Shown: piece by piece, positions 36,808 through 45,555 of the stretch
How positions within the stretch are numbered: the first letter of the stretch is position 1
How the letters are laid out: the number at the start of each line of letters is the position of its first letter
Virus record (IMG/VR): IMGVR_UViG_3300042887_005324
Coordinates: 1-64,000 of that record
Reading direction: 5' to 3' (one strand)
DNA: 64,000 nucleotides
Origin: a virus
Program-made: the position numbers and the translations under genes
Notes under the pieces: generated by a model
Database searches by the model: none
What the model saw: only the letters and a program-made list of their open reading frames with translations
What the model was told of the DNA's origin: nothing

Positions 36808-37989
36808 ATGAACGCTGACTCGAAAAGAAAATATAAAAATATAGATTTACCATTTATTTGTCCTTTGACAGGAAGAACATTTAATTCAGTCAAGGGATTA
36901 GCTATTTATATAACTAAAAGTTTAAAATTAGATCATAAGTATTACTATGATAATTATATAAATCACAGAAGTATTGAGTGTTATTTCTGTGGTGGTATAG
37001 GAGAGTTTATTAGTGTGGGTAAGGGGTATCGAAATCTTTGCAATAATAAATTATGTATAGAGAAATCATTTAAGTCGAATTCAATTGATGGTATCAGATA
37101 TAGAGAAAATTGCTCTATGGAAGAAGCTAATCTGATATTTAGAAACACAAACAAAAAAAATCTTGAGAAGAGGACTAAAACTATATCAAGAATAAAGAAG
37201 GATAACCCAAATTTCTATAAAGAAAATAGTAGAAATTGTAAAGAGTATTGGGTCAAAAGGGGTTACTCGGAAAAAGAATCTATTCAGAAAAGTATTGATG
37301 TTATGAATGAAATACATAAAAAAACATCAACTAAAAGAAAAGAAGATAAGGAGAAGTATAAACATAGTTACAATACCTGTATAGAATATTATATAAAAAG
37401 AGGATACTCAGAAGAAGAAGGAAAAAGATTGATATCCGAGAGACAAAAGACTTTTTCATTAGAAATATGTATAAATAAATATGGTTCAGATAAGGGTTTA
37501 GAAATTTGGACAAATAGACAAAGTAATTGGTTAAATAAATTGAATACAAAACCAAATTCCGAAAAAATAAAAATAAACAGAAAAAAAATATCTAATAAAA
37601 CTGGATATTCGAAATCTTCTCAAGTTCTTTTTTGGAAAATTTATGATTTATTTAGAGATAATAATATAGAATTCGGAGAGTTAAATTCAGAATTCATAAA
37701 ATATGACGAAATTAATAGTAGGTTTTATAAGTATGATTATGTTGACCATACACTTAAAAAAGTCATAGAATTTAATGGTGACTACTGGCATTGTAATCCA
37801 AATGAGTATAGTTATGATTATTTTCATCAAGTATTAGAGAAAACAGCTGAACAAGTGTGGATAGACGATAAGTTTAAAAATAAACTACTAATGAATGATG
37901 GATATGACATTTTCATCATATGGGAGAGTGACTTTATGAGTAATCCTAAACAAGCATTGGACGCATGTATAGAATTTATAAAAAAATAA
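36808..37989 (+). CDS. Free-standing homing endonuclease, Vsr/DUF559-like C-terminal nuclease
   Basis: YDY...VIEFNGDYWH...D..K......GY..FIIWESD; repeated Y(W/Y)(V/I)KRGYSE modules; N-terminal zinc-finger-like region. Confidence 0.8.
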   Translation: MNADSKRKYKNIDLPFICPLTGRTFNSVKGLAIYITKSLKLDHKYYYDNYINHRSIECYFCGGIGEFISVGKGYRNLCNNKLCIEKSFKSNSIDGIRYRENCSMEEANLIFRNTNKKNLEKRTKTISRIKKDNPNFYKENSRNCKEYWVKRGYSEKESIQKSIDVMNEIHKKTSTKRKEDKEKYKHSYNTCIEYYIKRGYSEEEGKRLISERQKTFSLEICINKYGSDKGLEIWTNRQSNWLNKLNTKPNSEKIKINRKKISNKTGYSKSSQVLFWKIYDLFRDNNIEFGELNSEFIKYDEINSRFYKYDYVDHTLKKVIEFNGDYWHCNPNEYSYDYFHQVLEKTAEQVWIDDKFKNKLLMNDGYDIFIIWESDFMSNPKQALDACIEFIKK

Positions 37990-37993
37990 AAGT

Positions 37994-39151
37994 ATGATAT
38001 TAGAATATGTAAATGGTGATTCCTTATTACAGGGCAAATATGATAGACCTTTGTATGATAAATTTATTGAAGCTTATGAGGTCGATCGATACGAAGTATT
38101 GACTTCAAATGGATTTGTAAATGTAGAGGGTATAGGAAAGACGATAGAATATGAAGAGTGGTACTTAGTTACTTCAGGTAAAAAAGATATAATATGTGCT
38201 GACAAACATATATTATATCGATGTGATAATATAGATTTTGATAATAAAAAGTGTGAATTAACAGAGATATACTGCTTTAATTTGCTAGTAGGTGATTGGA
38301 TTATGACAAAAGATGGACCTGAAAAAATAATACACTTAGGATTGACTGGAAAAATGTCTAATATGTATGATCTTCAATTATCTGATGGATCTAAAAAACA
38401 GTATTATACAAATGATATATTAAGTCATAATTCATTATGGATGCAAAATTTCGCAGTAAGATCTGCTGATATGGGATATAATGTGCTGTATATTACATTA
38501 GAAATGAGTGAGAGAAAAGTAATGAAGAGATTAGGTGCAATGAGGTTGAAAATTCCTATTAATGATTATGATAATGTTAGTAAGGATGTTGAATTAATCA
38601 AAAGAAAAATAAGTAATTTAAAAAATACTAATAATAGTGATTTGTTTGAGAAGAAAGTAGGAAAAATTATTACAAAATTCTGGGCAGCTGGTACGGCAAC
38701 AATTAATGATTTCGATAATTATATTCAGAAACTAAAAGAAAAGAAAAATATTAAAATTGATTTAGTGGTTGTTGATTACATAACACTAATTGCGCCAGTA
38801 AAAGGAATAGCAGGTGATAATTTATACACAAAAGGTAAATCTTTAGCAGAAGGACTAAGAGCAATTGGTGCCAAATTCAAAGTTCCAATTATTACTGGCG
38901 TTCAAGTTGCTAAAGATGCTTGGAATTCTAATGATATAACATTAGAACAAGTTCCAGAATCTAAAGCAATCGCGGAAACAGCAGACACTTTTTTTGCTAT
39001 AATAAGAACTGAAGAGATGAAAAGACAAAATATTTATCGATTCAAGTTGTTAAAACAAAGAGATGGTGATTTTTTGAAATCTCAAATAAAATTAAATCTA
39101 AATTCAACATATCTCACTTTAGAGAATGATGTATTTTTAGATTCAATTTAA
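37994..39151 (+). CDS. dnaB: Long split-intein C-half (37994-38431, 146 aa) plus gp41/DnaB helicase C-part
   Basis: CADKH (block B), MYDL, YYTNDILSHN|SLW restores GKS; YITLEM, VVDY, TGVQ, ETAD, KQRDG. Confidence 0.88.
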   Translation: MILEYVNGDSLLQGKYDRPLYDKFIEAYEVDRYEVLTSNGFVNVEGIGKTIEYEEWYLVTSGKKDIICADKHILYRCDNIDFDNKKCELTEIYCFNLLVGDWIMTKDGPEKIIHLGLTGKMSNMYDLQLSDGSKKQYYTNDILSHNSLWMQNFAVRSADMGYNVLYITLEMSERKVMKRLGAMRLKIPINDYDNVSKDVELIKRKISNLKNTNNSDLFEKKVGKIITKFWAAGTATINDFDNYIQKLKEKKNIKIDLVVVDYITLIAPVKGIAGDNLYTKGKSLAEGLRAIGAKFKVPIITGVQVAKDAWNSNDITLEQVPESKAIAETADTFFAIIRTEEMKRQNIYRFKLLKQRDGDFLKSQIKLNLNSTYLTLENDVFLDSI

Positions 39152-39168
39152 AAAATTAAATACATTCA

Positions 39169-40104
39169 ATGAGTGCTAAAAGAAAAAAAGACATTGATTT
39201 AGAAGTTGATGAAGATTATAATGAGGATTTAGTAACAGAAGAATCTAAAGATGTATCTGTTGAAGAAGAGTCAGAAGTCGAGGAAGAATCTATCGAAATT
39301 GATAGTGACGAATTCACAGATGATGTAATTGAAATTGATGAGGATGATCTAAGCTTAGAGGTTGAAGAAAAAACCGATGATGTTGTTTTATCTAAACATA
39401 AAATTCAAGGTAAACACAGTTTGAAGTATGATTCGATCTTCAAAGGTAAAAAAGAAGATCCTTTGAGTGAAGATTCATATGAAATGGGTACTAGTTTTAA
39501 TGATACATTTGAAGTAGATAAGTCCTCTCATTACTGGTTCGAATCAATTGATAACGAGAATTACATCAAAGATAAAAGAATCAAAGAAAGAGTCTATCAG
39601 GTTTTGTCAGAACATACTGATATAAACTTTTTGAATAATAGAAGAAAACCGTCTAGAGTGGATTTTAATCAATATTATTATTTATTAAAAACAAATCTTC
39701 AACAAGAAAGTTTCACAAATATTGAGCTTTTCAATGAATTAGCTGTCTATTTTTCTGATAACTTATTTAACATGTTTAAGTTATTAGATAATAAGTGGAG
39801 AAATCTAATAATCGTTGAACTACAAGATCATATTGGTAAACAAAATTATTCACACGAAATCAGAAATAGAAATATTTATGAAGGAACTGAAATAGAATTC
39901 TTAGCAGAAGATCCTAACTTAATGAACAAAGAACTAATTCATGTAACAGGAGTTGTTGTAGAAACTGATTATGAAAATTCTGTTTATATGGTCAATTCTT
40001 ACGAAAAAATATATGAAGTTGAGATTAATAAAATAACAAAAATATTAAATAATACGAAATTCAAGTATAACCTGAATAAACTAAATAACATAGATTTTCT
40101 ATAA
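39169..40104 (+). CDS. Hypothetical protein with a highly acidic N-terminus
   Basis: 311 aa ORF between the helicase and nrdA. Confidence 0.7.
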   Translation: MSAKRKKDIDLEVDEDYNEDLVTEESKDVSVEEESEVEEESIEIDSDEFTDDVIEIDEDDLSLEVEEKTDDVVLSKHKIQGKHSLKYDSIFKGKKEDPLSEDSYEMGTSFNDTFEVDKSSHYWFESIDNENYIKDKRIKERVYQVLSEHTDINFLNNRRKPSRVDFNQYYYLLKTNLQQESFTNIELFNELAVYFSDNLFNMFKLLDNKWRNLIIVELQDHIGKQNYSHEIRNRNIYEGTEIEFLAEDPNLMNKELIHVTGVVVETDYENSVYMVNSYEKIYEVEINKITKILNNTKFKYNLNKLNNIDFL

Positions 40105-40207
40105 AAAATAATTTTTTTAATAGAATAAAAAATCCAAAAAAAATTAAGATTAGAAATAAAAGTTGAAAATATAGGCGATATATATCAATACAAAAAAAAT
40201 TAAAAAG

Positions 40208-41830
40208 ATGATTAATATAAAAGTTACGAAAAGAAACGGTAAAAAAGAGCCAGTAATGTTAGACAAAGTTCTAGACAGAATTAACCAACAAACATATGGT
40301 CTTGACTCAAAATGGATACAACCCTTTGAAGTTGCTCAAAAAGTAATTGAAGGAATTACACCAGACATTGAAACAAGAATTCTCGACCAATTAGCAATGG
40401 AAACTGCTGCTAGTTTAACAACAAAACATCCAGATTATGCGACTTTAGCAGCTAGAATTGCTATTACTTCTTTGCACAAAGATACTAAGAAGAGTTTTAG
40501 TGAGACTGTTAAAGATCTTTATGATTATGTTGATCCAAATACTAGAAAACACTCACCAATTGTTTCTAAATCTTTTTATGATATCGTAATGAGAAATGCT
40601 GATGAATTAGATTCGGCGATTGTTCACTCTAAGGATCATAATTTTGATTACTTTGGATTTAAGGTTTTGGAAAGAAGTTACTTATTGAAACTAAATGGCA
40701 AAGTTGCTGAGAGACCTCAGTACATGTATATGAGAACAGCTATTCAAATTTGGGGTGAGAATCTACCAAAAGTTATTGAAACTTATAATCTTTTATCTGA
40801 AGGTTTTTACACACACGCCACGCCAACTCTTTTCAACTCTGGTACAACTCGTCCACAATTATCATCTTGTTTTTTATTAGATGTTGAAGATGATTCTATT
40901 GAAGGTATTTTCAATACTCTAAAAGAATCTGCACAAATATCTAAAAATGCAGGAGGTATTGGTATAGCTTTCAACAAAATTAGAGCTAAAGGTACTTATA
41001 TCGCTGGTACTAATGGTACATCAAATGGTATCATTCCTTTCTTGAAGATTTACAATGAAACAGCAAGAGCTGTAGACCAAGGTGGTGGAAAAAGAAAAGG
41101 ATCAATTGCTATTTATATGGAACCCTGGCACGCTGATATCTTTGATTTCTTGGATTTAAGGAAAAACCAAGGTAAAGAAGAATTAAGAGCTCGTGATTTA
41201 TTCTTAGCACTTTGGACTAATGACCTATTCATGGAAAGAGTAGACTTAGATGAAGATTGGACTTTGATGTGTCCTCATGAGTGTCCAGGTTTGACAGAAG
41301 CTTATGGTGATGATTTTAGAAAAATGTATATTGACTATGAAACAAAAGGGTATGGTAAGAAAACCGTTAAAGCTCGTGAATTATGGAATAAAGTTTTAGA
41401 ATCACAAGTTGAAACCGGTACTCCATACATTCTTTACAAAGATTCAATTAATGAAAAATCTAATCAGGCTAACATTGGTGTGATTAAGAGCTCTAATCTC
41501 TGTTTGGATGGTGATACAATTGTGAAATGTAGAATAGATGGAGTTGAGAAAGAATTCGACATGGTCACATTAGATGTTCTTTTTAAGAATGGTGAGAGAA
41601 TAGAGGTTTTAAGTAGAGATTTAGAATCTGGTATTGATGAATGGTGTTTAGTTGAGAATTCTGGGATGACAAATCATAATGCTGAAACAATAAAGATTAC
41701 TGATGAGAATGGAAACTATATAATATGTACAGAAGATCATCAAGTTTGGACACAAAATAGAGGTTATGTCAGAGCAGGTGATTTAGAAGAAAAGGATATT
41801 CTATTATTAAATGAAAAGGAACTTATATAA
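40208..41830 (+). CDS. nrdA: Class Ia ribonucleotide reductase alpha, N-part with ATP cone, plus split-intein N-half (41501-41827, 109 aa)
   Basis: VTKRNG, ERPQ, HATPTLFN, QLSSCF, DQGGGKRKG, ETGTPY, SSNL|CLDGDT, TEDH. Confidence 0.95.
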   Translation: MINIKVTKRNGKKEPVMLDKVLDRINQQTYGLDSKWIQPFEVAQKVIEGITPDIETRILDQLAMETAASLTTKHPDYATLAARIAITSLHKDTKKSFSETVKDLYDYVDPNTRKHSPIVSKSFYDIVMRNADELDSAIVHSKDHNFDYFGFKVLERSYLLKLNGKVAERPQYMYMRTAIQIWGENLPKVIETYNLLSEGFYTHATPTLFNSGTTRPQLSSCFLLDVEDDSIEGIFNTLKESAQISKNAGGIGIAFNKIRAKGTYIAGTNGTSNGIIPFLKIYNETARAVDQGGGKRKGSIAIYMEPWHADIFDFLDLRKNQGKEELRARDLFLALWTNDLFMERVDLDEDWTLMCPHECPGLTEAYGDDFRKMYIDYETKGYGKKTVKARELWNKVLESQVETGTPYILYKDSINEKSNQANIGVIKSSNLCLDGDTIVKCRIDGVEKEFDMVTLDVLFKNGERIEVLSRDLESGIDEWCLVENSGMTNHNAETIKITDENGNYIICTEDHQVWTQNRGYVRAGDLEEKDILLLNEKELI

Positions 41831-42707
41831 ATATATTGAATTTAGTCTAGAAAACATAGATAATAGTTCATTTGTCTATGTTTATCTAGATCCTAGAAAG
41901 AAAGGTGAGTATAATTACGGTGAGTATAGTTTTGATTATGAGCCTTTTTATGTTGGTGTTTCTAGTGGTAAAACAATACATGATAGAAAAGTTAGACATC
42001 TACAATATGCAAAAAAGGATAAGGATATCACAAATAATAACTATAAAAAAAATATAATTAAAAGTATATTATCCGATAACTTAGAACCCATCGTATTAAA
42101 ATATATTGATTTGATGAGTTTATCAGATGCTTTTTTAAAAGAAAAGGATATGATATCATGTATTGGCAATAGATATGATAGGTCAGGCCCACTAGTTAAT
42201 ATATCAAAAGGAGGAGATGGTGGTGATAACTTTACTAATAATCCAAGGAAAGAGGAAATAAGAGAAATACATAGAAAAAATGCTTTAGGATCAAATAATA
42301 ATATGTATGGACTCCCATTAGAACAATATCCTTCACATAAAGCAAAATTAAGAGGTGATCATTGGAATTTAGGAAGAACAGCATCCTCTTCTACTAGAGA
42401 TACTTTATCTAACCAAAGATCAGGTTCTGGTAACAGCAGAGCTAAAAAAACTTTACTTTTTGATAAAGATTTTAATTTAGTCAAAGAGTTTGACTATTGT
42501 TTTGATATCGCTAATTATTTGAACACATCAAATAGATCAGTTGCAAAAACTGCTAGAACCAATTCAACAAAGGATATACCTTATCATACAACTAAGAGTT
42601 ATTATATAATTTATAAAGATGATTGGGAAAATAAATTTAAAAATAAAGAAAATGAAATTAGAGAATTCCTAAAAACATTTAAGAAAAATAAAAATCAATT
42701 TTCATAA
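41811..42707 (+). CDS. Free-standing GIY-YIG homing endonuclease with NUMOD-like C-terminal modules
   Basis: FVYVYLDPR...PFYVG, E...I..IG, LVN...GGDGG; inserted between the intein halves. Confidence 0.8.
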   Translation: MKRNLYKYIEFSLENIDNSSFVYVYLDPRKKGEYNYGEYSFDYEPFYVGVSSGKTIHDRKVRHLQYAKKDKDITNNNYKKNIIKSILSDNLEPIVLKYIDLMSLSDAFLKEKDMISCIGNRYDRSGPLVNISKGGDGGDNFTNNPRKEEIREIHRKNALGSNNNMYGLPLEQYPSHKAKLRGDHWNLGRTASSSTRDTLSNQRSGSGNSRAKKTLLFDKDFNLVKEFDYCFDIANYLNTSNRSVAKTARTNSTKDIPYHTTKSYYIIYKDDWENKFKNKENEIREFLKTFKKNKNQFS

Positions 42708-42722
42708 AAAATAAAAAATACT

Positions 42723-44075
42723 ATGATTAAAATAGAAAAAGTAAAGAATAGACCGGTTTACGATATAACCGTTAATAAAAACCATAATTTCTATGCAAAT
42801 GACATATTAGTACATAATTGTGCTGAAATCGTAGAAGCAACTGGTGTTACAAAAATTCAAAAAGAATTACTTCAAAACAAAGAACTATTAGATTCTTTAT
42901 GTTTAAGTGACTTCTATGGTCAAGAATCGGTAAATGAAACAGCTGTTTGTAATTTGGCATCTTTGTCGTTGACAAAATTTGTTAACAAGAACAAAACTTA
43001 TAATTATAACAAATTATATGATGTAGCTTATCAAGCAACAATCAATTTGAATAATGTAATTGATGTAAATTACTATCCGTCAGATTCAGCAAGATTCTCA
43101 AATTTATTACATCGACCTATTGGTCTTGGCGTACAAGGATTGGCTGATGTTTTCTTTTTAATGAGTTTATCTTATGATTCACAAGAAGCTAGAAATGTTA
43201 ATAAGCAAATATTTGAAACTATTTATTTTGCATCTATGAGAGCATCTTGTGATTTGGCTAAAGAACACGGACATTATGCTTCATATCAAGGTTCTCCAGT
43301 TTCACAAGGTAAATTTCAATTTGATCTATGGGGAGCTACTACAACTGATAGATGGGATTGGAAAAAACTTAGAGAAGATATTGCAAAATGGGGAGTTAGA
43401 AATTCTTTGACTACTTGTATTATGCCAACTGCTTCAACTGCATCAATTTTAGGTAATGAAGCTTCATGTGAGGCACAAACATCTAACCTATATGTTAGAA
43501 GAGTTATTTCTGGTGAATTTATTATTGTTAATAAATATTTAGTTAAAGAACTTGTTAAACTTGGTATTTGGAATGAATCAGTCAAGAATAAAATTATTCA
43601 ACAGAATGGTTCTATTCAGAATGTACCAGAAATTCCAGTAAATATTAAAGAAGTGTTCAAAACAGTTTGGGAAATTAAGCAAAAAGATGTTATTGATTTG
43701 GCAGCCGATAGAGGAGCGTTCATTGATCAAACACAATCTATGAATGTGTTTATGGAGAATGTAAACTTTGGTAAGTTAACTGCAATGCATTTCTATGGTT
43801 GGGGTAGAAGATCATTCTTAAATGATTCTAATGGTCAGCCAATTATACCATCAAATGATGAAAACATTCAAGTTGTTTGTGATAAAGATGGTACTCCTAA
43901 GTTTTACAGAGATAAAAGAAGTAATCTTAAAACAGGTATGTATTATTTAAGAACAAAATCTGCAGCTGATGCTGTCAAGTTCACTGTTCAAGAACAAAAG
44001 AGTGTTGAAGATCAAATGGCTGAAATATCCTGCTCACTTGATGATCCGGATTCATGCATTGCATGTGGATCGTGA
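42723..44075 (+). CDS. nrdA: Split-intein C-half (42723-42818, 32 aa) plus NrdA C-part
   Basis: VYDITV..NHNFYANDILVHN|CAEI restores catalytic NLCAEI; VCNLAS, RPIGLG, MPTAST, DQTQS, LKTGMYYLR, C-terminal CIACGS. Confidence 0.95.
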   Translation: MIKIEKVKNRPVYDITVNKNHNFYANDILVHNCAEIVEATGVTKIQKELLQNKELLDSLCLSDFYGQESVNETAVCNLASLSLTKFVNKNKTYNYNKLYDVAYQATINLNNVIDVNYYPSDSARFSNLLHRPIGLGVQGLADVFFLMSLSYDSQEARNVNKQIFETIYFASMRASCDLAKEHGHYASYQGSPVSQGKFQFDLWGATTTDRWDWKKLREDIAKWGVRNSLTTCIMPTASTASILGNEASCEAQTSNLYVRRVISGEFIIVNKYLVKELVKLGIWNESVKNKIIQQNGSIQNVPEIPVNIKEVFKTVWEIKQKDVIDLAADRGAFIDQTQSMNVFMENVNFGKLTAMHFYGWGRRSFLNDSNGQPIIPSNDENIQVVCDKDGTPKFYRDKRSNLKTGMYYLRTKSAADAVKFTVQEQKSVEDQMAEISCSLDDPDSCIACGS

Positions 44076-44094
44076 TTTATCACCTTGAAAAAGT

Positions 44095-44123
44095 AAAACC
44101 TGTCTGAAAAGACAGGTTTTTTT
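44095..44123. terminator. Bidirectional terminator
   Basis: AAAACCTGTCT-GAAA-AGACAGGTTTTTTT. Confidence 0.85.
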
Positions 44124-44126
44124 ATT

Positions 44127-44945
44127 TTATAGAGATGCTAAAAACATCTTAGCTTCTTTTTGTCTCCTTGTCTCGAGACCAGGAAATTTTTTATTTAAGT
44201 TGTAGTCTTTGATTGAGTCACCTGCTAATTTCATATCACCTTTCTTGATGTGTTGAATTATATCAGATTGTCTTAAACTACTTATACCAGAATTGAATGC
44301 TAAAGAAACAAGTGCATCAAACATACTTTGATTAATATTTACATCTATTCCTTTTGCTTCCCACTCCTTGAATATCCTTCTAACACCATCAGCCGCTTCT
44401 TTAAGATCTTCTTTTAGATATTTATCAGCCTGTGCTTGCGTAATTTTCTGACCCTTTCTAAGTTTTGTTTTTCCAACATCCTCAGCGTGTCCATATCCGA
44501 CAGTTACTTTTCCATCACCTAGTGTATATGCAGTTAAAACACAAGACTCTTCTTGTTTAATATGATTCCATCCAGCGTCAGATAATCTAAATTCGTAACC
44601 TGGTTTGAAGTCGTCTGATTCAGATGTTATTTGTTTTTTTGTACCAGACTCATTTTCTTTTTCTTGAGTCATCTCAATTGCAATTTGTTTATCTTCAGGA
44701 GATGCATCTGAGGAATTGATAATCTGTACAACATTTGTTATTGTGTTGAAAGCTAAAAGAGCACCAATCGCATATTTGATGAGTTTTCTTCTACCTGATT
44801 CTGATAGTCCTTTAAGTTTCTTGACTATATTGTTCCAAATGGATTTATAGTCGGCTGATTCGTTGATTGAAAAATCAATATATTCAATTGCTTTTTGAAT
44901 TATTAATTCTTCATTGTAATTTGAATAATTAGACAAGTATTTCAT
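44127..44945 (-). CDS. GH24 (phage lysozyme) muramidase with a capsid-targeting-like leader and a hydrophobic segment
   Basis: EE...AY..GDGKVTVGYGH, ITQAQAD, FDALVSLAFNSG, GLETRR.KE; N-terminus MKYLSNYSNYNEE...INES. Confidence 0.88.
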   Translation of the reverse strand: MKYLSNYSNYNEELIIQKAIEYIDFSINESADYKSIWNNIVKKLKGLSESGRRKLIKYAIGALLAFNTITNVVQIINSSDASPEDKQIAIEMTQEKENESGTKKQITSESDDFKPGYEFRLSDAGWNHIKQEESCVLTAYTLGDGKVTVGYGHAEDVGKTKLRKGQKITQAQADKYLKEDLKEAADGVRRIFKEWEAKGIDVNINQSMFDALVSLAFNSGISSLRQSDIIQHIKKGDMKLAGDSIKDYNLNKKFPGLETRRQKEAKMFLASL

Positions 44946-44984
44946 AAATCTATATATTAATTTATTAATCGACTTTTTACCAGT

Positions 44985-45042
44985 CTATAAATAATCCACC
45001 CTTGAAAAATTGTAAATTTCCCATGTCATATATATCAATACA
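44985..45042 (+). promoter_or_regulatory. Copy of the capsid-gene upstream element, probably driving the Y RNA/Ro60 locus
   Basis: CTATAAATAATCCACCCTTGAAAAAT...TCATATATA matches 504-553; ATATATATCAATACA is also at 40178-40192 before nrdA. Confidence 0.55.
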
Positions 45043-45100
45043 TTATTTTATTTTAGAAAATTTAAAACTTTTAAGCCAACTAAAATAAAAGAATGACACT

Positions 45101-45168
45101 CCAGTAGTGAACAAATAAGTTACTTCGAAATTGCTTATGAAAAAACACTTATTTGTAATTTACTCTGG
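45101..45168 (+). ncRNA. Y RNA-like hairpin 1 (minimal)
   Basis: CCAG[T]AGTGAA/TTTACTCTGG stem with a 1-nt 5' bulge, a 3-nt 3' bulge, then CAAATAAGT/ACTTATTTG; loop begins TACTTCGAAA; upstream of TROVE. Confidence 0.6.
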
Positions 45169-45180
45169 TCGACATATATA

Positions 45181-45475
45181 TGAGGACATGGTCATAGGAT
45201 GAGATACTTCGAAAATTAACGATCAATTATCAATCTATGATTAAAAAACTGAATGGCTGGTCAAGCCTGATGTATCCACTTGTGGTTAAAAAGACCGGTT
45301 AGTTACCAAAAACTGTTCTGACCAAATGAACTAAAAGATTGGGGTTGAAACTAAAGACCTAAACAAAAGTTGGATGAAGATGGACACCCTAAAGAAAACA
45401 TCGACAAACTTTCAAAGTTAGTTAAGTACTAATAGAAAGCTCTTGTGACAGCTCAACTAGCTTTTCCTGTCCTCA
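45181..45475 (+). ncRNA. Y RNA-like RNA 2 (about 295 nt, multi-branched)
   Basis: TGAGGACA[T]GG/CCTGTCCTCA closing stem with a 1-nt bulge; second TACTTCGAAA at 45206; internal hairpins; no plus-strand ORF; followed by a terminator and TROVE. Confidence 0.55.
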
Positions 45476-45484
45476 AAAACTATG

Positions 45485-45518
45485 AAAGACCAGATTTACT
45501 TTGTGAATCTGGTTTTTT
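45485..45518 (+). terminator. Terminator/attenuator between the ncRNAs and TROVE
   Basis: AAAGACCAGATTTAC-TTT-GTGAATCTGGTTTTTT. Confidence 0.75.
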
Positions 45519-45555
45519 CATTTTTAAAAACGAAACTATAAATAAAGACAAAAAT

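Noticed and set aside
27935-44075. Group I introns or frameshifted pseudogenes as the cause of the three interrupted genes
   Set aside because: Each break has intein block A after the N-extein and a separately initiated ORF ending (H/S)N-C/S, and there is almost no non-coding space for a ribozyme core.
45255-45262. GGCTGGTC matching the 5' end of vertebrate Y RNAs
   Set aside because: An 8-mer can occur by chance and it pairs locally with GACCGGTT, so it was not used as evidence for the Y RNA call.
45445-45555. GTG-initiated N-terminal extension of TROVE
   Set aside because: It overlaps the ncRNA closing stem and a terminator; ATG 45556 gives a typical TROVE N-terminus (MAKFN).
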